A stretch of DNA of 64,000 nucleotides from Spirogloea muscicola (GCA_009602725.1 WELB01000020.1:146944-210943), one strand, 5' to 3'; shown: positions 50,775 to 64,000, counted from the first letter of the stretch. Made by a program: numbers and translations. The notes: generated by a model from the letters alone, not told the origin.

Positions 50775-52877
50775 ATGGCGAACGCGGGGGCGCCGCCGGG
50801 CGCGGGCGTGCCCGTGGAGGCCGTGACGCCTGACGGCGACGACCGCTCCATCTCCCGCATCGTCGTCCTCTACGGTGCCCCCCTCCCCCCCACCCCCCGA
50901 CACCTCCGAGCGAGCCTGCACAGAAGGCCGCAGCCGAGCTCGCGCCCGCCGCTGGGCCCCGGCCTGTGCGCTGCCCGTCCCCGGCGCGCTGATCCGCCCG
51001 GCGCGCGCGCCCGCTGCGGGCAGCCATGGACCAGGAGGCGATGCCGCTGGTGGAGGACCTCCAGCTGCAGGAGAACCCCCCCGGCCAGTGTGCAGCCTCC
51101 CCTCCACTGCCCTCCCAGCTCCGCTACTCTGCGCCCTCGGCCAGGCAGCCCGGCTGGCCGCGTCGTGACCCCGAGCGCGGCCTGCATTACGCGTCAGGCG
51201 TGGGTCTCAGCAGCTCACCTGCGGCCGCACAGGGGCTCCCTAGCCTTGCTGTCGCACGGTAGACAGGCTTAGGCTCGATCGGCTGCCGTTGGCCTGGTGG
51301 AGTGTCCACGAGCACAAGACCGCCTCGGTGCGCTCGCCCTTCCCACCCGCTGAAGTCTGAGATGCAGGCTTCGTTTGCCAGGTTCCCAAAGGGCGCGCCG
51401 TGGGTCTCGTACTCCGGCCAGCACGAGGGCACTGAAGTGACCGTCGTCATCCCTGGCAAGGACAAGAGCATAGGTGAGCGCCTGTCACGTGTCAAAGGGG
51501 CAGTGACGCCACTCGAGGTTGGGTTGAGGCTACTTCAGGACGTTGTTGCACTTGCCTCAGAGGTGAATGGCTGGTCAAAACCCGCCTCTCTTTGGAAGCC
51601 TCGACCACTCTGGCCAGCAGGGAAATGTCCTTGGTGGCCCTCAATGAGGCCTCGAGCCAAAGTTCAAGTCATTTACAAATGAGAGTGCCGATGCTCCCTC
51701 TTCAGGAGTTCCTAATGTAGGGACAGTCCCAGCAGCCATTCTCGCCTATGCTGCCGTTGAGGTCTTCAAGCCAGACCTCCTCATCAATGCCGGCACAGCA
51801 GGGGGCTTCAAGGTGATCCAGGCAGGCTAGCTCACATCTCGCTCGTAAAGAGGTACAGGAAGTAATGGCCTGCTCACTTGTCATGAGAGTAGCTGAAAGG
51901 GCCTCCTCCCTGTCCGTAAGAGTGGAAACACTCTACTTGCTCGGCGTTCTTTGTGCAGGCCAAGGGGGCTGGCATTGGAGACATCTATGTTGCTACTTAT
52001 GCTGCGTATCACGACCGCAGGATTCCCCTTCCTGTCAGAATTGATCCCCTTGCACACGGGCCATGATGGGCTATCCTAGGCCATGAAAGTGTTCAGCTTG
52101 TCCTTGGCCCACTCGTCCACAGTGTGATACAATAATAGCTGGAGGAGTGGCATCACCATCTGCCATGTGACTGCCGCAGGAGAGAGAGGTACTTGGTGTC
52201 GGCTCATCCAACTCAAAGATTGGCTGTCCTTCAGGGATTTGACGTCTATGGAATCGGCAAGAAGCTCTGTACACCTACTCCACAGCTTGTAAAAGCGCTG
52301 GGTCTGAAGGTAGGTGCTTCTGCTGGGCAGGTGAAGCAGCCAGCCTTGCAGCCAACTACAATATCCTTCTGGAAGCTTCTGCTCTTCGTTTGACACTTGT
52401 CGCAGTTCGCAACCCTTTGTTGACAGGAAGGTTCAGTATCATCAGGAAACTCCTTTGACATGACGGACAAGGACTATGAGTACATCAAAGCTAATGATGC
52501 AATTGTGAAGGACATGGAGGTCAGACACATTTCCTTGCAGTCCTTTTGATTCACAGCCTTTGACATGCGCAAGGATAGGCCTTGGGCAAAGAGTGCAGAG
52601 TGACTGCTGAGTGTGGCTTTGTTTGTGCTTACATGTCAGCTTCTGATATCGGTGCCTGTGCTGTCTACATGAGTCGTAGTGCGCTGCAATAGCATGGGTG
52701 GCAGAGACACTCTCTGTGGCCTTTGTTGCCATAAAGTCTGTTACGGACATAGTGGATGGCGATCGGCCAACAGGCGAGGAGTTCCTCGAGAATCTGGGAG
52801 CAGCCGCCGCTTCTTTGAAGGCAACTGTTCCACAAGTAATCCGCTTTGTTGGAGGAAAGCGCCTACAAGACTTATAG
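50775..52877 (+). CDS. MTN: 5'-methylthioadenosine/S-adenosylhomocysteine nucleosidase
   Basis: ISRIVVLY|AMDQEAMPLV, PGKD..GVPNVGTVPA..KPDLLINAGTAGGFK, HDRRIPLP, SSGNSFDM..VKDME, IKSVTDIVDGDRPTGEEFLENL..GKRLQDL*. Confidence 0.94.
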
Positions 52878-53520
52878 GCTCTACATCTTTCCCAACGAGT
52901 GGGCTAGGTGGCAGGCTACTCATGTCCTTGGCATCTGTTTCTCCTCCATGTCTCTGCTGTGATCGTTGCTATGAGCTTATTGCTACACTTCAACAGAAGT
53001 ATGTCTATTGTCCAGGAGCCACAACTGTGATGTCGACTCACTCTTTGGGCCATGCCATTGCCTTAATGTACTACATTAGCAATTACATGATTGCACAGCC
53101 GATACGATGTCCACGTTGCCGTGCAACTTTGCTGGCTCCTAGGCTGTGCCTGAAGCTGGCAGCAAGTGATTCTGGATCAGTAAGCACTTCAAGTCGTTAA
53201 GCTACATCAGTGATCTGAGCTCCACTGGCTAAGAACCGCCTTTGGAAGTGGCTGCAATGTCACTTGGCAGGTGCCTGTCCCACAATAAATTTGGTTCTTG
53301 AGGCTGCAGATCTATCGTCCACAAGAATCTCAAGGTTGAGATTGGCCTGTGCGAGGAGTGTTCATTGAGCTGCAGAGGCGAGGCCTGGGGGCATCGAGGG
53401 AAGGGGACAGCAAGACGCAGGGCGGAGCGTGGGGAGGGCGGTAGTGGAGCTAAGAAACTGAGCAGCTCCAGCCTGTGGAGATAGTGCATGGGATCGATGT
53501 CACCGGCTCCAACTTGCCAA

Positions 53521-55373
53521 TCAGTCGGCACTATTGCGCCGTGCTTCCTCTTCATCCATGAGTGGGGTCCGGCCCCACCCCCTGACAAGCACGGCCCAGG
53601 CTTTCTCACCCCATGACACGCCCTTTGCCTGCTCCCTTGAAGCCCCTTGCCCTTTATCCGGTGGGGGACTGTCAGCACCTGCCTCACCGGGGGTCTCATC
53701 CACCATCTGCAGACAGAAGCACGCATTTCAGCAGTCGCCCTCAGTGGCTTCAGTCGATCCGCATGCAACCCCTGGCAGCAACCAGCACACAGGACACATG
53801 GTGAGGCACTCCCGAGGAGGCCAACCCCGAACACTGCCGGCCAGCGTCACCACTGGCCGAGTCGTCCCCTGGCTCACATCATGTCAGGGGCTTCAGCATC
53901 CCCATGCTGTGTACATGGGCCCTTCATCCTGCTGGCAGCCGGGTTTTGTGACCGGATGAACAGCCACTCGGTTGAGCCCGACCTGTTGCTGCTCACTAGA
54001 GTCGAGTGTGACACTGCGATGACCCCTGAGACTCAGACCTTGTAACTGGTGGCTGCCAGTCTCACCTCTGCTAGAGCAGAGAGCGCGATCGCGCCCGGGA
54101 TCGGGATCTCTGGGGCCTCTGGCTCCTCGCCACTACCAAAGGTATTAGCAGAAGCGGCCTGTGTGACGGCCTCCGCCGCGTCCTCAAACGCCTGCTCGGC
54201 ATTGCCTTGATCTCTCTTGCCTGCACTCTCGCCTGCCTCTTCCTGGCCGCCGGCTGTGGATGCCTCCTCCTCAGCTTCTTCCTCTCTCCGCGTCGTCACA
54301 CCCGCCTTGTCGATGGCTGGCTCTGTGCTGCTTGGCGCTGCCAAGGTCTCCTCTACCGTTGACTCGACGACCTCTGACATAGGATCCTCGCTACTGCTAC
54401 CCCGGCTCACCTCCGCACTGACCACTCCCAGCTCCTCGGACTGCCAAGGCTCCGAGACCTCCATCGTCGCCTGCCCAGAAGTGGTGTCCAGCTTGTGGTC
54501 GGAACCAGGCTGCCACACCACCTCGCCCGCCCTCCCCTTGAGCACATACTTCCACGCAGTCGACAGCCCTGCTGGAACATCCTGTGAGGAGAGCGCGGCC
54601 AGGACCTCCAGTAAGACCTCCACAGCCACAGCGTACAGCCATGACGACGATGGCATCCTCCCTCTGCACGGGCGCACACCTTCCTCGAGTGCTGCAAGTC
54701 GCAGATTTGTCACAGAGAGTGTCTCGATCTCAGCTATCGCTGTCAGAGGGGCCGATGGTGGAGCTGTGGTGATCGGCCTCCTCCAATGACGTACTCACCA
54801 GCTCGGTCGTCCAGACGTGGCCCTCGGACCAGGTCAGCGGCACTGCCGCATCCACGTCCCAGGACCCCAGGCTCTCGGTCTCGCCGACGATGTAGAAGCC
54901 CTGGCCGTAGTCGCACTGGCGCTGCAGCCGGAACTCCACCTTCACGCTCGGGTCTGCACCAGAAGGCGCAATGGCTCTGAAGGGATCGATCGATGCAAGG
55001 GTACAAGACAGCCCGGAAGTAGCTGGGCCAGAGCAGGCCCCCCGGCGTGCTTGGCAAGCCCCAGAGCCACGCCCCCCGGCCCCCTCGGTGGCGCATTCTG
55101 ACGACTCGACTCGACTGAGAGCGGGACCGGAGCCTTTGGGAGGCGCCGGACGCTCCCCACGGCCCCAGCCAGGTGCAGAGTGCGCAGCTCGTACCTGTGG
55201 CTGCGGCAAGGGCGCTCTGCAGCAGGCGACAAGGCAACAAGAGGCAAGGTCGTCAGTCGCGCGCTGAGGCTAGGGGAGCGAGTGAAGGGCCCCAACCCTG
55301 CCTCCGCTGGCCAAGCACAAGGCCCTGCAGGCTGAGGAGGGACGTTGGAAGCTGCCGCCTCCAATGGCAGCAT
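53521..55373 (-). CDS. CBM20 starch-binding domain protein with acidic tail; start uncertain
   Basis: VKVEFRLQRQCDYGQGFYIVGETESLGSWDVDAAVPLTWSEGHVWTTEL|DVPAG..WKYVLKG..VVWQPGSDH is a typical CBM20. The last exon is 53706-53521. Confidence 0.85.
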
Positions 55374-55560
55374 CGCGAGAGACTGCACGCCCTGGCCTCG
55401 CTCGGGTACAGGCACCAGGGGGCTGGCGGGCTTCTGCCGGCGGGCCCGCCGCCTTCGAAGGGGCAGCGGGGCGGGGGCGAGCTCGTGACACCAGCGGGCG
55501 TACCTCGGTGCTGGCGGCGGCGGCGGCGGGGCCGCCGCGGAGGCGAGGGGCGCCGGCGGC

Positions 55561-55811
55561 NNNNNNNNNNNNNNNNNNNNNNNNNNNNNNNNNNNNNNNN
55601 NNNNNNNNNNNNNNNNNNNNNNNNNNNNNNNNNNNNNNNNNNNNNNNNNNNNNNNNNNNNNNNNNNNNNNNNNNNNNNNNNNNNNNNNNNNNNNNNNNNN
55701 NNNNNNNNNNNNNNNNNNNNNNNNNNNNNNNNNNNNNNNNNNNNNNNNNNNNNNNNNNNNNNNNNNNNNNNNNNNNNNNNNNNNNNNNNNNNNNNNNNNN
55801 NNNNNNNNNNN
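55561..55811. other. Assembly gap (N run)
   Basis: Run of N between divergent GC-rich gene starts. Confidence 1.
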
Positions 55812-55848
55812 NCCCGCCGCCGCCGCCGCGCCCGCCGCGCCCGGCGCC

Positions 55849-57588
55849 ATGGCGGGGCGGTCGCTCAAGGGCCACGTGGCGCACATGAGCAAGGGGTTCC
55901 TGCGGCTGCTGAACCTGCTGGTGGTGCTGGGCGGCGCGGGCGCCATCGCGATCATCTTCGTGCTGGAGCACAGCCCGTCCTTCCCCGAGGGCTGGGGCTT
56001 CATCGCCCTCGGCGCCCTCACCGTCGTCTCCGGCATCTTCGGCTGCATCTCCAGCGGCCAGAGCGGCTGCTTCGGGTGCCACATGATGGCGCTCCTCTGG
56101 TCCGCCGCCGGCCTCGCCGCCTCCTTCCTCATCATCTTCTTCAAGATCTCCACCGCGCTCGACCACCTGCACTACAAGATGTCCGAGCCCGACGCCCGCA
56201 AGCTCGTCAAGGTCGAGGGCGCCCTCTTCTTCCTCCTCTTCTGCGGCCAGGTACCCCCCTTTCTGCAGGCAGCACCTTCGGCCCTCCACCCAGTCGCCCG
56301 CCCCGCCGCTCTTTCCGCGTATTCATGGCTCCCAGGCACCTCTGCATGTGTCGGTGGTGTTGCATGTGGAGTGGATGCTGCTCCATGTTGCCTATCGGGT
56401 CGCCGTGAATGTGAGACGCAATTGGGTCTTGTCCACTGCAAAGGGTGGGTCAGTGGCAGGAGAAGAGTGGCCCTCGATTCGTAATCTGCCCTATGCATGT
56501 CGTGCGGCAGGCGAAGTGCACGCATCGTAGTCATGGGCACCAGCCCCAGCATAGAATGCATCGTTTTTGAGAATCATAGTTGTCCATCGCACGTCACACT
56601 CTGCTCCCGAGCAGGTCATGTCATCCTCATCCTTGGATCAATTGGCACTTGCAGTGGAAGATGTTCACTCACTTGTCTGTGGTAGTCGGGTGGGACCTGG
56701 TCGCAGATGACTTCCTTCCGTGACACATTGTCTGTCAAATGAGCCCCTGCTTCAGTCTGTCAACCGCACATAATGTCATCCTGACTCCTTTCAGCGGAGC
56801 GCCTGTGGGGGCACTGTGTCCCTTCTGATGCAGTATGTTGCTTGGCAACTTGCAGATGGTCATTCTGCTTCTGGCCTGCCTGATTCACAATTGCGGATTT
56901 GTGGATTATTATGAGGATCTGGAAGCCGCTCAGGCTCAGGTAATGGTTGGCTACACTGATATACTCTGTCCCTTGCTGTTAAGGAAGGAGGGTCTGGGAG
57001 GGGTGCTCCTGGCAATGGTAGGGTGTCAATTGCGGCATGCAGTTGCATGTCTGCAGCATTCTACTGGGGCAAGCCAAGCACAGCCACCAGCTGCTGTCGG
57101 CTTCACCTTTCGGGAATGTTGTCCAACTCTGCCTGGCATGCTAGTTCTTGAAATAGTGCCTCGTTTGAATGTGGAGTGAGGACACAGCTGATCCAGCGGA
57201 GTGTCACGTCTCTACTGGGCAAGCATGAGCCTCAAGTGTTGATGAGGTTGTCATGGTGGACCACTTTTGAGCAGGCATAGAATGGATAAGGAAGCTAGTG
57301 GGTTGACTCGTGTTGGCTACTCCATACAAAAGTGGTCATCCAATTATTGCTCCTGAAAGCTGATTCTTGTGTCTGGTTGTCCCGATTGTGCTGCAGCCTT
57401 CACGAAGGGATGCTGCTGCTATGGCTAAGATTCAACATGAGGCAGATCGCCGTGCAGCGAAGAACACTGAGAGTCAGGCGCAGCGATTGGCGACCAAGAT
57501 GAAGCAGAAGTACGGCAAGTGGGCGCGTGATGGGGAGTACGACCTGGACAGCTCAGGCAACCCGGTCGGCGAGCCTGTGCGGCCTTGA
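55849..57588 (+). CDS. Four-TM tetraspanin-like protein (TOM2A/tetraspanin-19-like)
   Basis: Four hydrophobic segments, GIFGCIS..SGCFGCH, and a C-terminal DYYEDLE..KMKQKYG. Three exons: 55849-56250, about 56856-56939 and about 57397-57588. Confidence 0.75.
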
Positions 57589-58519
57589 GCATCTCTTTGG
57601 GCTTCTCACTGTGTACCAGTCAGGGCAGCTTGGAGGGGAGCTTCTCAATGTACATTTCCTGTTGATTGACTGGCACACCACCCAGGTGTGCGGGGCCGTC
57701 GAGGTGGCCCTGGCATGACTACCTACTTTACTAGGGTACAGTGTCACCACTGCTTGGGTCTCTGGGCTGGCTCTACCAGCAGTAGGGCCTGGCTTAGAAG
57801 CAGGAGCGTGCGTCATGTAGGTCTTCTTGCCCCAGCATCAGCTAACCTCTTTCGTTCGATCCTGTAGTGCTCAAGTAGGCAGGTCTTCGTTGTTGCAATG
57901 ACATAGCTAGATGTTCCTGGACCAACATGTGCTGAGCAACTGCAGCGCATGGCCTGGCTGCAGTTGGGCATGGACTTCCTTTACCCTTGATTGCAGTGCT
58001 TTCAAGAGGACCTGGCTTGTTGAGCCAAATGCACATTAATATCACATGAGAGGACATGGGGTGTTGAGTGGAGGTGCAAGGTGATGCTTCGGTGTTATAA
58101 GGCTGCATCTTGAAGAAGAGTAGAAGAGAGGAAATTGTAAACTACTCACTTGTAGGGCTGTTTGAATGCAGAACTCGCTACCTACTGGACTATATCAGCA
58201 CTGTTGCTCAGCAGCTGCGTGCTCCCCCCAATGGGAGCGAGCGTGCTTGAGAGCCTCCACCGTGAGTTTGCCAATGGCACCAATGCAATGTTGATGAGGC
58301 AACTACTCATCGAGTGCCCTCAAGCAGCCACAAGGGTAGAAGAGGGGATTCCATCTCATGTTGGTTGCAACTGTCTTTGTACACAATGTGCAATCAAGCT
58401 CATAAGCGCTTGAATGGCTGGCCTGTGGACAGCACAGATGCCACACAAATGAAGCTCCTCTTTACTGAAGCCTGCGGTATGCGTAGGGTACCGATGTCTT
58501 TTATCCTCGCCCATACTTG

Positions 58520-59405
58520 TTTGGGCTGGCTTTTCACATCCATCACCTTATACCTTATTTATGAAGGAGGGAGAATGTGGCTCTCGGCAAGGGAGAAGAC
58601 TCTCCACGAGAAGGCGGTGGCTGGGAGAAGGCGCGCGGTGCGCATGAAGTTGTAAGGGAGGCCAATTCTAGCCTTACAGCTGTCCTGTTACGGGGTAATG
58701 AGCTAGCTAAGGGGTTTCAGAGTTTAGGGGCTGGGAGAGGCCAGCCCCAGAAAAAGATTGATAAAAGGCTGGAGGGGCCAAGGGAGATCGCGAAAGCTAG
58801 CACATATGAAGTACCTATGAAACACTCAGTAATCCCTGCTAAGCAGCCGCAGGTCGGAGAAACTGGGCTCAAAAAGGGGACGATGGCTGTGAACAGCCAG
58901 CCCGAAAACAGTGACAATGTCTGAAGGGACCGAAAAGAAGAAGTGGCTCTCCCAATGAGGGCAAGGGCTGTGAGAAGCCAGCCCGAAAAGAATTGACAAG
59001 GTTCGAAGGGGCCAAAGTACGAGCTAAGCAGCCGAAAAGCGCTTTCTTGGTAAGACAATCACTCAAGTAACCTCCAGCTAGGAGACGCAAGTCAGAAAGA
59101 CTAGCTAGAGCTGATTCTATGTCAGAGCCATCGCCCCTGTCTCGAGAAGAAAGAGAACAAGCGCGGCCAGATTAACTGGTGGCTGGGAGAGGCCAGCCCA
59201 AAAGATTGGACAAGGTCTGAAGGAGTCGGAGTGCTAAGGACTCGCCCATTGAGGCTAGCGGCTGGAAAAGCCAGCCCAGAAAAGAATGAAAACTAAAGTG
59301 TGAGAAGGGGGCCAGGGGAAGCGCTTAGAAAACAAAGCACAAGTAGCTACGCATCACTCACTAACCCCTGCGAAGCAGCCTCAGGTTAGAGAAGCTAGGC
59401 TCCTG
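58520..59405 (-). mobile_element. Array of at least 5 mostly minus-strand RLE element 3' ends, plus a MITE arm
   Basis: Repeated GGCTG..AGCCAGCCC..AA..GACAAGG, with ORF-end pieces (..SDLRLLSRDY*) near 58725, 58885, 58940, 59160 and 59245. Confidence 0.82.
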
Positions 59406-59675
59406 GATGTGGGTCCCCTGGCCGAGAAGAGCTCCTCCGTGCGCCACCCGCCACGGCACCCCTCCGCCTGCTGCCGACATCCGAGGCGGGGCAGCAGCAG
59501 GCTGCGTCTGCAGAGCACACCCCCACTGAGCCCATCAGTCCTTGCGGCAGATTGCACAATCGCCCCCGTCATCTGGCCTTCAAGACCAGCCCCTCCTGCG
59601 CGAAGCAGTCGCGCAGCGCTGCCTTGCTCCCTGCTGGCTCCCAGAAGGCATGCGCGGGGCCTCCTGCCGCCCGCC

Positions 59676-59813
59676 ATGGACCCGCCTGGCCCGACGCGGT
59701 ACGTGCTGGGCGCCTTGGTGATGATGCTGGCCGTGGTCCTGCCGCTTGGGTACATGATGTTCAAGAACAAGCGCAGCGTGCCCGCGCCCTCCATGTTCGC
59801 CAAGCAGACGTAG
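59676..59813 (+). CDS. Small (45 aa) single-pass membrane protein
   Basis: MDPPGPTRYVLGALVMMLAVVLPLGYMMFKNKRSVPAPSMFAKQT*. It has a GCCATGG start context, GC3-rich codons, and one TM followed by basic residues. It resembles a conserved small plant protein family from memory. Confidence 0.75.
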   Translation: MDPPGPTRYVLGALVMMLAVVLPLGYMMFKNKRSVPAPSMFAKQT

Positions 59814-60230
59814 GTGCGCCCTGCCAGGGGCCCCCTCATTCCCACCTCCTTTCCTCTACGTCTCGGGCAGATGACCATACCATGTCCGCGTGAGGAGGCA
59901 CGCCAGCTGTGTTACAGGGTCACACTGCAAAGCGCCTTTGGGCTAGTGAATACTGTTGCATAGGCGGCTCAACCGTCTTTCTTGTGAGCTAGCACATACG
60001 AGCTGACTGGTCGCTGGCGATAGTCTTTCTTCTATTTGCCCGGCCTTCACCCAAGCCCAGATGCCATACTCCTATGAAGCTCGGAAGGCCAGTGGTCCTT
60101 CTGAGAGGGAGATCCTGCTTCCAAGTACCATCCTTGAGGTCTCGGGGAAAACTTTTCTTCACCAATTTCCTAGTGTTATTGAGCACCAAATAGCCACATG
60201 CGTAGCTGCGTGGTGTGCACTTTCAGGCAC

Positions 60231-60296
60231 TTGGACTTCGTTCACTTCTGTTGGGCTGGCCTTCCAGCCATCGCCCCTTTGGAAGAGCTTCTTGCT
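60231..60296 (+). mobile_element. Isolated 3'-terminal unit of the RLE element
   Basis: TTGGACTTCGTTCACTTCTGTTGGGCTGGCCTTCCAGCC..TTTGGAAGAGCTTCTT. Confidence 0.65.
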
Positions 60297-60892
60297 CTCA
60301 TTGGCAGCTTACTCAGCCTTGTCAGACATGAGGCGCTGCAAATTAACAATGTCAACCTCTTCGTTTCCCCTTGCTGGGTTGTAGATTGCTTTAAATCCTG
60401 CCATGCTAGAGCTTGACATTATCTGCGCCATGACCGCTGCGCAGGTTGGCTTAGGAGGGGCTTCATTTGATGGCTGCTTGTGGAGTGAGAGAGAGCAGAC
60501 TGCAGAACCTTGGCCCAGCTTGCCATGCTGTGATTGAAGAGCAGCAGTTATGCATGGCGTCAACTTGCCAGGTTCCCGGAATCCCCGGGTGTTTGTCAAT
60601 GATAAAACCTTGCCTCGATAGCTTGCACTGACAGATAATGACTAGGGGTCCTCTCTCTTCGCACCTCCAAGCAATTGAGGAGCACGTCTGCACAGCGCAA
60701 GGGCAATTGAGACTACACAACAACCTTAGAAGGTGTGATCACCGATGATAGTGTCTGCATTCTCCGAAGGCTTGGATGTTTTACTGCTATACTGCGACAT
60801 TTGCGTTTGAGCAGCAGCACTGGCATCGATACCAAATTTTAATGACCATTACATATGAGTACGCGGGTTCATGCAGCCAGCACTGTGGCGTG

Positions 60893-63378
60893 CTACACAC
60901 ACACGACAGCACAACCTGCTAGTGCAGCTCCAGTGCTTTTGCACTTGACAGGAATACAGCTTGCCACCCAGCCACCCTCTGATAAAGTACTAGGGCCGTC
61001 ATCAGCTGTACTTTGGGGGAACAATGTGGCAGCTTCGACATTGTGCACATCAAATATGTGTATGAGATTCTCAATGTGCTGTTCCTGGATGCTCCAGCTG
61101 TTGATCTGGTACTTCTCATACAAGCCTCTCTGGCACACCAACAACCTGTTTTGAATGTTGGCAAGATAAGTGCCCTGCACAGTGAGGAACTCCCTCCCGC
61201 TCCAAGCTCTCCCGCACCGACCATCTCCATCCTCCAACTTGGGAACTGCCGCAAAACGTTGTGCATTAATAGCACCTTTTAGACAAATTTGCGAATTTGG
61301 TATTTTCCTTCTAGATGCAGAGGTTCATAACGAATTTATGGACGCCAGTATATCTCCCATAAGGCGCTGCACCTGGCAGAGACGACGCTTGCCCTTCAGG
61401 GCCTTACCAGGTGCAACGTGGGTCCAATCGCCACTGCTGTTGTCTCGCCTGAGAAGAGCTCCAGCATGCCCTTTCATATGCTCGCTGCCACCCACGGCAT
61501 ATAGTGAGCCACTAGCAGTAACTGCAGCCAGCTGATCAAAGTCGGCCCCGCAAGCCTTTGGCCAGAACTTGCTCCTTGTCTCCCACTTGTTCAGGATGGA
61601 GTCGTACACGTCACTAGCCACTCTTCTGCCCAAGCGCGTGTCCTAAACATTAGGAGACTAAGCATCAGTACAACATCATTAACACCTCCAAAGCCAATTT
61701 CTCATGCCGCCAGAATTGCCCTTTCTCTCTGATGAAGCACTAAGGCCTTCACTTTGCACGTCGTCAGGAGCAAGGACTGCCGTCGTCTGTTACTTAGATC
61801 TCAGGGAGATTGGTGTACCTGCGTGTCGTTTATGGTACAAAGGTGGGTGCCCATTGCAATGGCGCCCAGACTCCGACGACTGGAAGGCATCTCGGCTGCC
61901 ACCCAGAAGGAGATGCCATCAGGCCACACATATAGTGACCAATAACGTCGCAAGGACATAGAAGAAGCTTTTCCAGCAACAACACACGTCCATCCAGCCT
62001 GACTAGCAGAAGAGACACATGTAAATACAAACACATACCAAGCACTTCCCACTCTGCACCACCCTCGACAAGGCCTTCTGTTGAATCTATTGCTCCCATG
62101 TGGAGACCGCCAGCCACGATTAACTTGTCCTTGAGCGCTGCTGATGCGAAGTGGTGGCGCCCATCATGCAGACTTGGGCCTGTGTCCAATCGGCAACCAA
62201 AGTTGGACTTTCAGCTGCCGAGCTGTCAGGAACATGGTCAGCAGATAGCTGACCTGCTAACCAAGCACAAGCACAGGCACAAGTACAAGCACAAGCAGGT
62301 TCCATTCACGGAGGACGGACTCCTCTATCGGAGATCTGACATGGCAAGAGGTGCTTGCAGTGCACCAAATTCGGCTGCGTGTCGCACCTGCTGACCAGCC
62401 TTTGCTGCTGACATCAAGAACCCATGTCTTTGAGCTTGCAAGTGGAGCACTATTCGAGCTGCGTAAGTCAGGTGACACTCTGCCACCGAGGATATATAAT
62501 CTTGAGTTGAAACCTGCGCACTGAGCAGGAGATCAGGGGCCTGTTCAGATCAGCAACATTCGAGCAGTACAGCAATCGAGAATGCCCAACTTGTGCTGTG
62601 TCCGAAATAGAGAGCCTGAGCTTTAGCAAGCCGTCAAACATATAAGTATACTGTGAGCCTTTGTCAGACCAACTTGCAACAGCGAGTGGGCTGAGCTGCA
62701 GCACATGCTTTCTTCAGCAGATTTTAGACACCCTGCAGTGTACCTGAAATGATGAGAGGTCTGTCCAGCCAGCTGGGAGCTGCAGGGCAGGAAGATCCAG
62801 CCAGGCATCATGCGCCGGAGCAAAGGCCTGCCAAATGTGCATCAGAGGGCCCTCATGAGAACATGCCGGAAGACAACCACCATCTAGGTCTGTACCCCCA
62901 GCAGCCTGTAAGGCCAATCAAGCATCTAGCACGAGCGAAAGGGCAGCCATGTGCCACCAAGAGCACCTTGACTTCCAGTGTGCCTGCTCCAGTCTTATTG
63001 AAGCAAACACAGAGCAAGCTCTCCTGCAGGCCTTCGGCTCGTCGAACAAGTCCGAGCTCCTCCGAGATGGCCTGTAAAGGGATGGCTTCTTCTCAGGTGG
63101 AGGCAGCTCGCCTCTATGATACAAGAGAGGCGGCACAAGGCTGGTGTTGGAAATTTCTACTGTTCGTCGCTGTTGAATGACAGTCCACGGACTCGTTGAG
63201 CAAGCAGTAGTAAGGCGATATGTATTGACGTACTTTGCGCCATGATTTGGAGACGCCTCTCAGCCTCTGCTGATAGACGAATGGCACCCGGGCCAAGCAC
63301 AGCACGGCTAGTTGATCAGGTAACCCCGGCAGCAATGACATGTCATCATCCCAGTGGTCAGACTCCGCCTTCACCTGC
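60893..63378 (-). CDS. F-box/kelch-repeat protein; 5' end uncertain
   Basis: F-box LLPGLPDQLAVLCLARVP..LRGVSKSWRK; kelch repeats LYILGG, RHHFASAALKDKLIVAGG, VYDSILNKW and LYAVGG; C-terminus ..GCAVVCV*. Confidence 0.85.
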
Positions 63379-64000
63379 CTGTGGGGGCACACGAATGGCC
63401 GTCAGTTGTCATGCTGGTCTTGAGAGGGTGTCTGCATCAGCGGCACAGGAAAGCTCGGTCACATGGCGAGCAGGCAACTCGAGCGCGAATGCGGTGCAGG
63501 TGACTGGGAAGGGACGTGTTCATTGTAGCAACGTGCGAGTGCATAAGATGCACTGCGCTCCGTTCGGATGACCGCCGCAGCACCTCCTCTACCGCCACCG
63601 TCTCGAGTCACCTCTTCGAGTCTCCTTGCAGGAGGAGCTCCGCTGGCCCGACGATTGGCAGCAACCCACCATGGTGGTGCGAAGGTGCCTTGTTGCGATG
63701 CCGTGGCAGCACGAGCAGCTCGCCCGGGCTGTGATGCGGGCAGAGGAGCCACAGTCCGGCTACTACGAGAGGAGAGACCAGCTGGTCCGGTCGGGCGACA
63801 CGGACCTGCTCCTGGCGCTGGCCAGGCAGCCGCCCATCGCCCCGGCGAGGAGCTGGCGCGGGGGCCCTCCCGCAGGTGCTCGGCCAGGGCCAGCAGTCGA
63901 CGGAGTGGCGAGGCGGCGCCGCAGGAGCCGCCGGCGAGGGCGAGGGCCGCCGGGGGGCGGCGGCGGCCAAGGCGTCCTGGAGGCGGGGCCGAGCAGCCGG

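Noticed and set aside
58705..58745. Telomere-repeat targeting by the RLE element (telomere-like sequence next to copies here and at 7701)
   Set aside because: There are only two weak adjacencies, no copies within the terminal array, and the identified TSDs are not telomeric.

Overview
Eukaryotic, intron-rich, GC-rich nuclear DNA from a streptophyte. A conjugating green alga (Zygnematophyceae) is my best inference, based on plant-like proteins, short introns and a degenerate DUO1-like MYB. The window begins in a telomere-like C-strand array of non-canonical heptamers (CCCGGAA/CCCCGAA grading into CCCTGAA and CCCTAAA), followed by tRNA-Leu(UAG). About 13 spliced genes follow: ZDS, a DUO1-like R2R3-MYB, PAO, PDCD5, glyoxalase II, diaminopimelate decarboxylase, a conserved unknown protein, CAS, a DBP9/DDX56-like helicase fragment, MTA nucleosidase, a CBM20 protein, a TOM2A/tetraspanin-like protein, a 45-aa membrane peptide and an F-box/kelch protein. 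There are three N gaps. The main unexplained structure is a multi-subfamily non-LTR retrotransposon carrying a restriction-like endonuclease (RLE). It is present as dozens of severely 5'-truncated copies that end in a conserved GGGCTGG-loop-CAGCCC hairpin and a TTCT tail rather than poly(A). The copies sit in intergenic regions, mostly upstream of genes, and nest into each other's 3' ends to form CRISPR-like-looking arrays. Two copies have twin-priming-type 5' inversions, one with a clean 7-bp target-site duplication. Exon boundaries and family calls were made by eye and from memory of the protein families; no searches were run.
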